Source: Limnochordia bacterium
Lineage (GTDB): Bacteria; Bacillota; Limnochordia; DTU080
Length of the DNA: 64,000 bases
Direction of reading: 5' to 3'
Assembly: GCA_050951545.1 (NCBI GenBank)
Contig: JBMNJG010000011.1
Coordinates: forward strand, 96,001 to 160,000
A model generated the notes under the pieces. It ran no database searches, was not told the origin of the DNA, and saw only the letters and a program-made list of their open reading frames with translations. This document shows positions 38,726-48,795 of the stretch, in pieces. The translations under genes were made by a program, and so were the position numbers. How positions within the stretch are numbered: the stretch's first letter is position 1; the number at the start of each line of letters is the position of its first letter.

Positions 38726-39091
38726 ATGGAGTGGCTGATTCCTGTGATCGCTATTGGTGCACCGGTACTGATCGTCGCGCTGGCGCTGTTGTTTGCCTAC
38801 CAGAAGCAGAGGCTCGAGCATGTGGAACGCATGGCCATGATCGAGAAAGGCTTGCTACCCGCCGAGATGAAAGAGACGGCAGCGATGTCGGTGCTAGCAC
38901 CAGAGCGTCCTTTGCACTCAGGCGTGGTCACATCACTGATCGGACTGGCTCTTCTGGTTGGCCTGGGGAGTCTCGGCTATGGTCCCTGGCTGCTCGGCGG
39001 CTTAATCCCGTTGGCTGTGGGTATCGGTCGGATTATCTCTTATCTCGTGCACAGGGTGTCTGAGGAAGGGAAAGCTGACGATCACACGTAA
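38726..39091 (+). CDS. DUF6249-like membrane protein
   Basis: HVERMAMIEKG, GLIPLAVGIG, three TM segments. Confidence 0.65.
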   Translation: MEWLIPVIAIGAPVLIVALALLFAYQKQRLEHVERMAMIEKGLLPAEMKETAAMSVLAPERPLHSGVVTSLIGLALLVGLGSLGYGPWLLGGLIPLAVGIGRIISYLVHRVSEEGKADDHT

Positions 39092-39116
39092 CGATTGAGT
39101 TGTTGCTCGTGAAAAG

Positions 39117-39162
39117 GAGAGGCGGTTGACGCTGTCCGTTTGGATAGCGCTGACCGCCTCTT
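39117..39162. terminator. Long hairpin between convergent genes
   Basis: GAGAGGCGGTTGACGCTGTCC / GGATAGCGCTGACCGCCTCTT. Confidence 0.7.
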
Positions 39163-39171
39163 GTTCAACCC

Positions 39172-40236
39172 CTACTGCAGATCGTCAGGTATCTCGATGG
39201 TCACTTCCTTGCCCAGCTCAGCCGAGCGATAGATGCCATCCAGGATGGCTTGAGAGAAGAGCACCTCGTCAGCCGGAATGGGGGCTGGCTTTCCTTCCCT
39301 TACAGCCTCGACGAAGCTACTGACTTTCTGGTTCCACCTGTCGCGGCCTTTGGGTAGCTGTAGTTCTGTCTGGGCTTCAAGTTCTGCTTGATCGTGGTAC
39401 AGCTTCAGGCCGTTTTCAAGTTTGAGGCCACCTTCAGTTCCTAGCCACATGATGGGACCTAAGGTGTCCATGTGCATCGCCCAGCTCATTTTTAGCAGGA
39501 AGCAAATGCCACCTTCAAGTCGGACCATCGCCGCCCCGAAATCGTCGACGTCAAACTTCTCCGGATCAACGCCGCCCCAAGAGGCGCGCTTCGAGTAGAT
39601 GGGCGAGGTTCCGAAGTAGTTGGAGAGGTAGGCAGAAACCGTAAGGGGTTTGGGATGCCCGAGGACATACATGGCAGTGTCGATAGAATAGCAGCCTATG
39701 TCTAGCATGGCTCCACCGCCAGCGGTGGACCTAAAGACGAACGTGCGGCCCGGGATGCCGCGTCGTCGGCCGCCTCCAGTTTCAACATAGTAGATCTGAC
39801 CCAGTTGACCTGATTGAGCGATCTCTCGAGCCTTCATGATGCCAGGATCAAAGCGCGACTGAAATCCGATACTCAAGATCTTACCCGACTTGCGAGCCGC
39901 ACGCACCATGTCGATAGACTCATCCAACGTCACCGACATCGGTTTTTCGAGAAGAACATCCTTGCCTGCTGCCAGGCTATCCATGGTCGGCTGGTAGTGG
40001 GCGACGTTGTAGGTGCAGATGCTCACCGCATCGATATCTTCTTGAAGTAGCTCACGGTAGTCTTCGAATGCTTTGGCATCAGGGACTCCCCAGCGCTGAA
40101 AGAACGCCTCTGCCTTGCCCGGGATAATGTCGGCTCCTCCGACAATGCGCACCCCCGGGATTTTTTTGTACTGATCGATGTGCGATCCAGCGATGCCGCC
40201 AGTACCGATAATCCCAATGCGGATCTCTTCGGTCAA
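39172..40236 (-). CDS. Gfo/Idh/MocA oxidoreductase
   Basis: [30 protein letters not shown]. Confidence 0.9.
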   Translation of the reverse strand: MTEEIRIGIIGTGGIAGSHIDQYKKIPGVRIVGGADIIPGKAEAFFQRWGVPDAKAFEDYRELLQEDIDAVSICTYNVAHYQPTMDSLAAGKDVLLEKPMSVTLDESIDMVRAARKSGKILSIGFQSRFDPGIMKAREIAQSGQLGQIYYVETGGGRRRGIPGRTFVFRSTAGGGAMLDIGCYSIDTAMYVLGHPKPLTVSAYLSNYFGTSPIYSKRASWGGVDPEKFDVDDFGAAMVRLEGGICFLLKMSWAMHMDTLGPIMWLGTEGGLKLENGLKLYHDQAELEAQTELQLPKGRDRWNQKVSSFVEAVREGKPAPIPADEVLFSQAILDGIYRSAELGKEVTIEIPDDLQ

Positions 40237-40447
40237 AACTACTCACCCTCCAGAAGATAGGTTTTGGCTGTTGTCGTGGTCACGATCACCCTACGCTCTT
40301 CTACCGCTCCAAAACAAATCCTTCCACATGAGCTGTGCTGGGCTCCTGTCGAGACATGTCTACTATTGCGTAATGGGTTGTGGTACAGTACTGGTACCTT
40401 TCCTACACATGGCGTGGGTAAAAACGCGTGCTTTGGAGGTCAGGCAG

Positions 40448-42691
40448 ATGAATGACGACAATTGCCTCTGCGGTCAAGGCCGATTGGGCAAGATCTCACT
40501 GGGAATCGGTGGTATGACTTGCGCCGCGTGCGCGGCTCGAGTAGAAGATAGGTTACGTTCCATGCCTGGTGTGGCCACAGCCACGGTGAACCTGGCCACC
40601 GAAAAGGCGGTCGTGGAGTTTGATCCCTCAGCGACAACTTCTGCAGAGCTGATCGACGAGGTGGAGTCGTTAGGCTACGAAGCCTACAATGAGGCTGATG
40701 CTTCAGCTCAGGACAGGGAACGGGAAGACCGTGAACGAGAGATAGCGCATCAGAAGCGCATGTTCGTCATGTCGGCGTTCCTCTCGTTTCCTCTGCTACT
40801 AGCTATGGTTCTTGAGATGTCGGGACTCATGCACCTGTGGCCTCTGCTGTTCAATGCTCGCTTTCAGCTACTAATGGCGACTCCTGTCCAGTTCGTCGCA
40901 GGTTGGCAGTTCTACGTTGACAGTTACTACGCCCTGAGAGCCGGTAGCCCAAACATGTCGGTTCTCGTGGTCTTGGGCACCTCCGCAGCTTACCTGTATA
41001 GCGTGGCTGTCACTTTCTTTGGAGATAGACTTGACGTCAGTCATGTCTACTTTGAGACAGGGGCCATTGTCATCACGCTCATTATCTTAGGCAGGCTCTT
41101 GGAAGCTCGTGCCAAAGGGCGCACTTCGGAGGCCATTAGGAAACTAATGGGGCTGCAGGCCAAAACCGCTTGCGTTGTTCGAGAAGGGCAGGAAATCGAG
41201 GTGGCTATCGAGGAGGTGGAGGTGGACGATGTAGTCGTGGTGCGCCCCGGTGAGAAGATTCCTGTAGACGGCATTGTGGTCGAGGGATTCTCATCGGTCG
41301 ATGAGTCCATGCTCACTGGGGAGAGCGTGCCTGTCGACAAGAGTGTTGGCGACGAGGTCATCGGAGCTACGACCAATATGCACGGGAGTTTCGGGTTTCG
41401 GGCGACCAAGGTGGGCAGGGAGACCGCCTTGGCACAGATCATCCGGATTGTGGAAGAGGCACAGGCATCCAAAGCCCCGGTTCAACGCCTGGCAGATTTC
41501 ATTGCTGCCCGTTTTGTTCCAGCGGTTGTCGTCATTGCTGTGCTTACCTTCGTGCTATGGTACTCCCTTTTAGACGCTGGTAACCTCACCCGCGCTCTTC
41601 TCAACTTCACTGCTGTTCTAGTCATCGCCTGTCCGTGCGCGCTGGGCTTGGCCACGCCAACCTCGATCATGGTTGGCACGGGCAAAGGAGCCGAGAACGG
41701 TATTCTCATCAAGGGCGGAGAGCACCTCGAAAAGGCCCATCGCTTGACTGCCATCGTCCTTGACAAAACAGGGACGATCACCAAGGGTGAGCCTGAGGTG
41801 ACCGACATGCTCCCCTTGGCTGACCTGCTCGAGTCGGAGATACTCCGTCTGGCTGCGGGCGTCGAAAGAGGATCGGAGCACCCTCTGGGCAAAGCCATCG
41901 TGCGTCACGCGGAGAGCCAAGGATTGTTGATACCCCAGGCAACTGACTTCGCGGCGATACCCGGCCTAGGTGTTCAGGGCCAGGTGGAAGGGCGCCCAGT
42001 GCTGGTCGGCACACGTCGACTCATGTCTGAGAACGAGGTGGGTATGGGGGCTCTTGAAGGCACTATGGCCGAGCTTGAGGGTGCGGGGAAGACGGTGATG
42101 CTGATCGCTGTGGACGGCTCTTTGGTAGGCATCGCAGCGGTTGCAGATACGGTCAAGGAGCACTCACAGACCGCAATCCTCGCTATGCGCAAGATGGGTT
42201 TGCGGATCTACATGATAACCGGGGATAACGAACGCACCGCCCGAAGTATCGCCACCCAAGTCGGTATCGACCATGTGTTGGCAGAAGTGCTGCCTGAAGA
42301 GAAGGCGATGAAAGTGAACGAACTGAAGGAACGAGGCTTCGTGGTGGGCATGGTGGGCGACGGTATCAATGACGCCCCTGCATTAGCCTCAGCAGACGTG
42401 GGTTTCGCCATCGGCACGGGAACTGACGTGGCCATGGAATCGGCTGATGTTACCCTGATCAAAGGCGACCTGCGCGGTGTAGTCGCTAGCATTGAGCTGA
42501 GCAAGGCTACTATGCGCAATATCAAACAGAATCTGTTTTGGGCTTTCGCTTACAATACTGCCGGGATTCCCCTGGCTGCGGCGGGTCTGCTCAGTCCGGT
42601 GATCGCCGGAGCGGCGATGGCCTTCAGTTCAGTATCCGTGGTATCCAACGCGCTGCGGCTCAAGCGCTGGAGAAGTCGGGTGCTGGCCTAG
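40448..42691 (+). CDS. copA: Copper-translocating P1B-type ATPase
   Basis: [33 protein letters not shown] and MAFSS. Confidence 0.95.
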   Translation: MNDDNCLCGQGRLGKISLGIGGMTCAACAARVEDRLRSMPGVATATVNLATEKAVVEFDPSATTSAELIDEVESLGYEAYNEADASAQDREREDREREIAHQKRMFVMSAFLSFPLLLAMVLEMSGLMHLWPLLFNARFQLLMATPVQFVAGWQFYVDSYYALRAGSPNMSVLVVLGTSAAYLYSVAVTFFGDRLDVSHVYFETGAIVITLIILGRLLEARAKGRTSEAIRKLMGLQAKTACVVREGQEIEVAIEEVEVDDVVVVRPGEKIPVDGIVVEGFSSVDESMLTGESVPVDKSVGDEVIGATTNMHGSFGFRATKVGRETALAQIIRIVEEAQASKAPVQRLADFIAARFVPAVVVIAVLTFVLWYSLLDAGNLTRALLNFTAVLVIACPCALGLATPTSIMVGTGKGAENGILIKGGEHLEKAHRLTAIVLDKTGTITKGEPEVTDMLPLADLLESEILRLAAGVERGSEHPLGKAIVRHAESQGLLIPQATDFAAIPGLGVQGQVEGRPVLVGTRRLMSENEVGMGALEGTMAELEGAGKTVMLIAVDGSLVGIAAVADTVKEHSQTAILAMRKMGLRIYMITGDNERTARSIATQVGIDHVLAEVLPEEKAMKVNELKERGFVVGMVGDGINDAPALASADVGFAIGTGTDVAMESADVTLIKGDLRGVVASIELSKATMRNIKQNLFWAFAYNTAGIPLAAAGLLSPVIAGAAMAFSSVSVVSNALRLKRWRSRVLA

Positions 42692-42704
42692 GTTCGGGAG
42701 GTAG

Positions 42705-43472
42705 TTGTGGTTCATGGGACAAGCACAGATCAAACGAGCCTGGTTACTGCGTAGGCTACGAGAGCGTTACGAGCATCCCGAGGAGGTGCGGGCCTATGCC
42801 GATCAGGTAGCGCAGGGACTGACACCGGAAGAGGCAGCGCTGTTGACCCGAACTCTCCCCGGGCCTTGTCGCATCGCCAACATAGGCTGCGGTGCAGGCA
42901 GAGAGGCTTTGGCTCTGTGGCGCCAGGGGTATCACGTGGTTGCCCTGGATATCTCTCGAGCCATGCTGCGTGTGGCTCGACAGTTCGCGGACGAACAACA
43001 GGCTGAACTGCCCTGTGTCTGGATGCCAAATCCGTTACGCCTGCCACTGTCTGATGCTACCTTTGACTGCGTAATCGCACTGGCTCAGCTGCTTTCTCAC
43101 ATTCCGGGGGCAAAGGCACGTATCGCCTTGCTTGCGGAAGTGCGGCGCGTCCTGGCACCAGGCGGCTTGCTTGTCGCTTCGGTGACGGATCGCCAAGCCG
43201 CGGTGGATCTGTATGATAGCGAGGAAAGCGTGGACGATGCCCTCATATCCTTGGCGGAGGAGGCGGGCTGGGAAGAGGGAGACATCTGGGTGTGGCAACC
43301 CTCGGCAGCAGAGCTAGACACACCACTATTTTTCCATCTTCACACACGACAGGAGATGGAAAGGGAGCTCCGGGCCGCGGGACTGCAGCTTGTGGAGTAC
43401 GTTGGCGGCCACGAGCTGACCCCACTAGCCGCACCGGATGCCCATCGCTACCGATTTGTTGTCGCCCGCTGA
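42705..43472 (+). CDS. Class I SAM-dependent methyltransferase
   Basis: NIGCGAG, ALDIS, RVLAPGG. Confidence 0.8.
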   Translation: MWFMGQAQIKRAWLLRRLRERYEHPEEVRAYADQVAQGLTPEEAALLTRTLPGPCRIANIGCGAGREALALWRQGYHVVALDISRAMLRVARQFADEQQAELPCVWMPNPLRLPLSDATFDCVIALAQLLSHIPGAKARIALLAEVRRVLAPGGLLVASVTDRQAAVDLYDSEESVDDALISLAEEAGWEEGDIWVWQPSAAELDTPLFFHLHTRQEMERELRAAGLQLVEYVGGHELTPLAAPDAHRYRFVVAR

Positions 43473-43516
43473 GGGTGGCAGAGGCCAGGTGTTACCTCCC
43501 TCTGCCACGCCGATTT

Positions 43517-45492
43517 CTAGACCATCATCTCGCTAATCAAACGGGGACAGAGGGCTTGCAGTCGCTCGGCCTTTTCGAGGGAGAAGAGTGTTTCGCCGCG
43601 AGCGCGCATGGCCAAAACTGCTGCAATCCACGCGTTTGTCCAGCCAGACTCTACGCACCAGGCCCCCCAACCCTGATCCGCGGAGCTTCCCCAGTACTCC
43701 CATAGCTCGTAGTCAAAACTACGCATCCAGGCTCCGTCGAGATAGGGATGGGCCATTGAGCGTACCTGTATGCGCAAGAGGAACTGTGTAAGCTTGTCCG
43801 CAGCCTCTTGGAGAGCAGGACTCTTGGTGGCTGCAGCTGCCTCGTGCAGACCTAGGAAAGCGTAGTTTGTTGCATATAGCAGGTCGCACGCAGGGTCACC
43901 ATTCTCTTGGATCACAGAGGCTTCGTTAGTGCCATACGCCTCGTTCGAGCTAGGCGAGGGATAGACACCCGTCTCTTTGGGCCCCATTTGCTCGCGAATT
44001 GCTCCGCACGGCTGCATGCACGCCAGAAGATCATCTGCGATGCGCTGCAACCAGCCACGATGCTCCGCTGTGTCCTCAATGCGCACTAGGAAGGCCAGGG
44101 GAAGCAGCATTCTGGCCATCTCCTGGGTGATACCATTTGTCCAACGCCACTTCGGATAGACGTCCATGGTCATGGCGAGAGCATTTTTCGTGCGGGTCAG
44201 AAAGCCTTCGAACCCAGTGAGGGCGTAGGCCCATAGATAAGCAGCCCAAAGATAGGCTTGGTAGTGGGGCGCATACGAGACCCATTCCTCGTTGTAGAAC
44301 TGCCGCCATCCATCGCTGTCTGCGGGGAAGTTCCTCAGATCGATGCGGTTGCGGCGGAAGCCTAGTGTTCCAGTTGTTCGCAGGTTAGCAAGCAGGCACC
44401 GCAGCGCGTGTTCATCCCAGCGGTTTTCATCGAGAAGCCGGGCGGCCGTCAGTGTGGATAGAAGGACACGCGCAGTGTCGTCGCCGTAGAAGTGGGCGTC
44501 CGCGTTCATACCAGTTGACCTGACCGTAAGCGGGGCTGTTGGGGTCTGTATGCAGGAAATCCGGGGCAGACCATACCAGATCGAGCATTTGGCCAGCCAA
44601 CCGCTGGTAGTAAGGATCGCCCTTCATCGCTCCGGCATAGGCCATGACCATAGCTGACTCGGCTATGCAGTCGCCGCGGGCCCAAACGCGGCGCATTTGA
44701 CGACCCTCGTGATCGATACCAGATTCGAACCCCTCAATAGCCCCTTTTTTCGTCCCCGTGCTCCAGACTACCTGGTCACGGAACCACTCGATAGAGCGGT
44801 CCAAAGCCTTCCGCTCCAGATTTGGTGGCAATGGCTCATCGGGACCAAAAGTAGGTCCAGCAGTCGGAGACCCACTTGAGCGCAGGTACTGTGTCTGACT
44901 TTGTCAGCCAGCCTAGCAGCTTTTCCCAAATTGCTTTCCAGGCGACTTGAGGTCCATAGCGGCCAGTAACGAACTGACTTAGCTTTGTGGTCGCCACCAG
45001 AACGTTCTCACCCATTCCGAAAAGGATGGGTGCAGTCTCTTCGGGTAGTCCATAGATAGCGGTATGGTAACCTGCCACTCGGGCTACTGCGAGCAATGGC
45101 TCTTGAGCTTTGATGGGTAAAAACCAGCATCCGTGTTGCGCCAGGATAGTGAGCTTGGGCAGTGCAGGGGCAAAGAAATCGGAAGAGACCACGACGCGCT
45201 CCCATGCAGTTGCTTGAGGTGACTTGATGGGTTGGTCGACCAGTGTGGCAGGATACTCGATGTAGAGTCTCAGCCGTTTGGCCGCTGCCTTGGCCAGCAG
45301 GTCGCTGCAGATCTCGTGGGACGGGCGCGGGTAGGTATCAGCCAGTAGCAGTAGGGCAGTGCCTGTAGGCACCTCAGATAGGGCTTCGGGCAGAGCACAA
45401 AAGCGCAGGCAGGAGTAGCCACAATCCACGAGGACACGATAGAGGTCGTTGCTCTCAGAGCAGACGAGGGCGATGGGTTTTTCTGGGTGCAC
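43517..45492 (-). pseudogene. Hypothetical ~657-aa protein (alpha/alpha-toroid-like) interrupted by two single-base frameshifts
   Basis: Three ORF-track fragments join on removing one base near 44872 (KW-SPTAGPTFGPDEPLPP) and one near 44499 (YERG-AHFYGDDTAR). Confidence 0.7.
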
Positions 45493-45501
45493 GCTGTAGT
45501 T

Positions 45502-45584
45502 CCTCCCCGGAAAGTCGTGTTACGCTGTGCGGGCATGTCGGCGGCTGCGCGTGGTTGGCCGCCGACACGCGTACTCCTTGGTGC
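45502..45584 (-). repeat. Intercistronic hairpin element, copy D (most complete)
   Basis: Minus strand: GCGTGTCGGCGGC-loop-GCCGCCGACATGC-CCGCACAGCGTAACACGA...GGAGG. Confidence 0.8.
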
Positions 45585-45589
45585 TTTGC

Positions 45590-46606
45590 TCACCCGTCAA
45601 TATTCTGGCGGGCACCACCTTCAGCCACAGACGTTAGAGCTGCGTTGGCCGCTTCGATAGCCCGCACACCGTCCCGGCCGCTGGCCAGATCGATCAGATG
45701 GCCTTTGGCGATCGAGGCGACAAAAAGGTTGTACATCTCAGCGAAGGCTTTTCGGTAGCCTATGTCCTCTCGACGCACGCCCTTGGGCGATTGTACGACA
45801 AGACGGAGCTTGCCGCCAGGAAGATGCTCTAGAAAAGCGGTGCCGTTATCTCCCTCGATGTCGATGCGGTTGATGTGGTAGCGCTCTGACGATGTGACTG
45901 TATGTCCGAATACCCAGCTCTCGTCGATGACGGCTACTGCTCCGTTTGCCATCCGGCATGTCGCTACGACATGGTCGGGGTAGGGGTACTCCTCCATAAA
46001 AAGGCCATTTGCCATCACCTGGGAGTACTCGCTCTGAGAGAACCAACGAGCCAGGTCGAAGAAGTGAACCCCACAGTCAAAGATGGGTCCCTTTCCCTCG
46101 GTCATAAGCAAGCGATGGCGCTCAATACCAGCCCACCGGGGGCCTGACCAGTTGTAGACGAGACGAAGAAAGCGGACATTTCCGATTTCACCTGCATCAA
46201 TAGCCTTCTTAATCAGGCGGTGGGCAGCATCAGCTCGCAGTTCGAAGTTTACTGCCAGCAGACGGTTGGCGTCCTCTGCGGCCTTAACCAGCTGCCAGCC
46301 GCGTTCGACAGTGTCAGTAATCGGTTTCTCGCAGAACACGTGCTTACCAGCGGCCACTGCGTCCATAGCTATGGCGAAATGGCTGGTGACTGGAGTGGCT
46401 ATGGTGACCGCGTCGATATCTTCCTGAGCCAGCAACTCCCGATAATCCGTGTACAGACGGCTGACACCGTGCTTAGCACCTAGCTCTTTCAGGCGCGGGC
46501 CGTTGAGATCCGATAGAGCTACCAGAGAGATCTCAGGATGCTCGGCTAACGCGGGGATGTGCCCGTATCCAGCTACTGTACCACAACCAATGACACCAAA
46601 TCGCAC
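45590..46606 (-). CDS. Gfo/Idh/MocA oxidoreductase
   Basis: GVIGCG, VFCEKP, DCGVHFFD. Confidence 0.9.
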   Translation of the reverse strand: MRFGVIGCGTVAGYGHIPALAEHPEISLVALSDLNGPRLKELGAKHGVSRLYTDYRELLAQEDIDAVTIATPVTSHFAIAMDAVAAGKHVFCEKPITDTVERGWQLVKAAEDANRLLAVNFELRADAAHRLIKKAIDAGEIGNVRFLRLVYNWSGPRWAGIERHRLLMTEGKGPIFDCGVHFFDLARWFSQSEYSQVMANGLFMEEYPYPDHVVATCRMANGAVAVIDESWVFGHTVTSSERYHINRIDIEGDNGTAFLEHLPGGKLRLVVQSPKGVRREDIGYRKAFAEMYNLFVASIAKGHLIDLASGRDGVRAIEAANAALTSVAEGGARQNIDG

Positions 46607-46753
46607 TACTACCGCCTCCTAATGTGTTGACCCAAAAGCGATACTTCGCTTCGCTACCAGCGGCTCCTGCTGAGACGTATGAAGCGCGAAGCAGGCCATC
46701 CGACTGTGGCTCAGAGGGCCTGCTTGCTGGCTTTCCTTGCTAATGTGCGTTGG

Positions 46754-47182
46754 TCAATCGAGTTGGGCAGGGCGATCATTCACCTGAAGCTTAATGGTTT
46801 TGCTCTTCGCTGGTGTCGTCTTCGGCACCTGAATTCTCAGAATGCCGTTCTTGTACTCGGCCACTGCCTCATCGTATTTCACTGACACAGGGAACGAGAT
46901 GCTCCTTTGGAAACTACCGTACCGTCTCTCGATACGACGGTATCCCTGGCGATCAATGCCGCTGTCTTGCTTGACTTCGCCACTGATGGTGAGACCGTCT
47001 TCGCTGATCATCAACTCGAGGTCGTCTGGGTCTACTCCTGGGATTTCCGCGTGTACTGAGATATGGCCGTTTGTTTCTGCCACATCCACTGATGGGCCCC
47101 AAAACGGGGCGAAAACACGGTCGATGCTCTCTCGCATTCTCGACAGCTCGCTGTAGGGGTTCCAGCGCACCAGGTCGGTCAT
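46754..47182 (-). CDS. Hsp20/alpha-crystallin small heat-shock protein
   Basis: PSVDV, AEIPGV, ERRYGSFQR, AEYKNGIL. AGGAGG RBS. Confidence 0.92.
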   Translation of the reverse strand: MTDLVRWNPYSELSRMRESIDRVFAPFWGPSVDVAETNGHISVHAEIPGVDPDDLELMISEDGLTISGEVKQDSGIDRQGYRRIERRYGSFQRSISFPVSVKYDEAVAEYKNGILRIQVPKTTPAKSKTIKLQVNDRPAQLD

Positions 47183-47303
47183 GTGTATCCCTCCTGACCT
47201 CGATTTTGCCCTGATAGGGAACGCAGTATGAGTACCCATGCATAGGAACTGCAAAAAGGAGAAGAATACCCTCAGATTGGAAAGCAAGAAAGGAGACATT
47301 TGC

Positions 47304-47540
47304 GTGGATACATTGCGGGCTATCGCTCTCACTATCATCATTGTGGGCGCTCTGAATTGGGGCCTAGTCGGCCTATTTGACTTCGATCTCGTGCAGTCAA
47401 TCTTTGGAGGGACCTCCACCTATTCACCTAGCATGGCCTCCAGGGTCATCTATGTGCTTGTTGGGCTCTCTGGTCTGTATGCCTTTAGCTTCTATCGCTT
47501 CAGCGGTGACGAACGAGTCCGTCAGGGTGACAATCGGTAG
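47304..47540 (+). CDS. DUF378 membrane protein
   Basis: IVGALNWGLVGLFDFDLV..IFG, RVIYVLVG. Confidence 0.88.
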   Translation: MDTLRAIALTIIIVGALNWGLVGLFDFDLVQSIFGGTSTYSPSMASRVIYVLVGLSGLYAFSFYRFSGDERVRQGDNR

Positions 47541-47609
47541 AGCCTGTCGCTTTGATGGCCAGAAGGAACCCACCGCCAAGGACCGAAAATGGCGGTGGAG
47601 GTGCTAGCG

Positions 47610-48371
47610 GTGAAGCTATCGGTCTGCATTGAGATGATAGGCAAAGAAGTGCCGTTTCTGGAGCGCATAGCGCTGGCCGCTGAGGCCGGGTACAACGCTA
47701 TTGAGTTCTGGAGCTGGGCGAACAAAGACATCGACGCTATTGCGGCAGCAGCCATGGCATCGAATGTGACGGTCGCTGGGATGGTGGCGACGTCAGGCAA
47801 ACTGGTCGATCCTAGCCTACGAGATAGGCTCGTGGAGGAAGTAAAATCAACCATTGAAGTCGCTAAGCGGTTGAGCTGCACAACACTCATCGTGACCACC
47901 GGAAACGAACTGCCAGATATGCCTCGCGCTCAGCAGCATGACAGTGTCGTGGCTGGCCTTAAGAAGGTAGCTCCTTTGGCAGAACAGGCCGGAATGGTTC
48001 TCGTGTTGGAGCCGCTTAACCTTCTGGTCGATCATCAGGGTTACTACCTGAGCACATCGCCCGAAGGTTTCGACATCATCCGCCAGGTTGATAGTCCAGC
48101 GGTGCGCTTGCTCTTTGATGTCTATCACCAGCAGGTAACTGAAGGGAATGTGACGGCGAACATGCTAGCCAATTTGGATCTAATTGGTCATGTCCATGTG
48201 GCCGATGTGCCTGGTCGTCATGAGCCCGGGACGGGCGAGCTCAACTATGGGAACATATGCAGGATGCTTAGCGACGCGGGCTACGACGGCTATGTTGGAC
48301 TGGAGTTCAAGCCGACGAGACCTTCCCAAGAAGTGCTTCGCTCGGTGTATGAGCTCTGCCGTCCAATCTGA
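47610..48371 (+). CDS. hyi: Hydroxypyruvate isomerase family TIM-barrel protein
   Basis: AIEFW, LEPLN, FDVYHQQVTEG, HVHVADVPGRHEPGTGE, GLEF. Confidence 0.85.
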   Translation: MKLSVCIEMIGKEVPFLERIALAAEAGYNAIEFWSWANKDIDAIAAAAMASNVTVAGMVATSGKLVDPSLRDRLVEEVKSTIEVAKRLSCTTLIVTTGNELPDMPRAQQHDSVVAGLKKVAPLAEQAGMVLVLEPLNLLVDHQGYYLSTSPEGFDIIRQVDSPAVRLLFDVYHQQVTEGNVTANMLANLDLIGHVHVADVPGRHEPGTGELNYGNICRMLSDAGYDGYVGLEFKPTRPSQEVLRSVYELCRPI

Positions 48372-48705
48372 TAGGCAACGCAGGCGACACGCTGTGAGCA
48401 GGCTCTGCTTAGGATTACATCGACATTTGTGGAGCCATGTTCCACGGTGCAGGGAGCTAGCGCAACGCTAAGTAGATGGTTGAAAATGGGTGATGGTTAC
48501 GATTGGTTCCGGTCAACGGCTGAAACCGCGGTACTACACGAGGTCATCTGCCACAGAGGTCTTGGGCAGACGGGCTCTGCAGTGGTAGACTGAAACTGCG
48601 GGTGTGGCGTGATCCTGGCCTGAAGGCGCAGTTGATGGCTAAGTTCATGGATGAACAGTCGATGAAGCGTCACAGGAGAGCCAAGGAAGGGCAGATCCAG
48701 GATCG

Positions 48706-48743
48706 GGCGAGGAGGCAGTGGATTGCTCCACTGCCTCTTCGCC
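48706..48743. other. 17-bp hairpin
   Basis: GGCGAGGAGGCAGTGGA-TTGC-TCCACTGCCTCTTCGCC. Confidence 0.7.
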
Positions 48744-48795
48744 ATGTGTTCTCAAAAGCAGGATGACCACCTTCCCACGGCCAAATAGCTAGCAG

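Noticed and set aside
40380-40422. CsoR/CopY operator upstream of copA
   Set aside because: TAC..GTA fragments are present but form no convincing palindrome.
40178-40447. Long N-terminal extensions in the ORF track (also 787, 2978, 6155, 8262, 20115, 47419, 61381)
   Set aside because: Better RBS-supported starts lie downstream; the extensions overlap neighbouring genes or promoters.
45502-45584. Repeat element as an integron attC site (contains GTTACGC/GCGTAAC)
   Set aside because: Lacks the RYYYAAC...GTTRRRY bracketing, copies are dispersed rather than arrayed, and no integrase is present.
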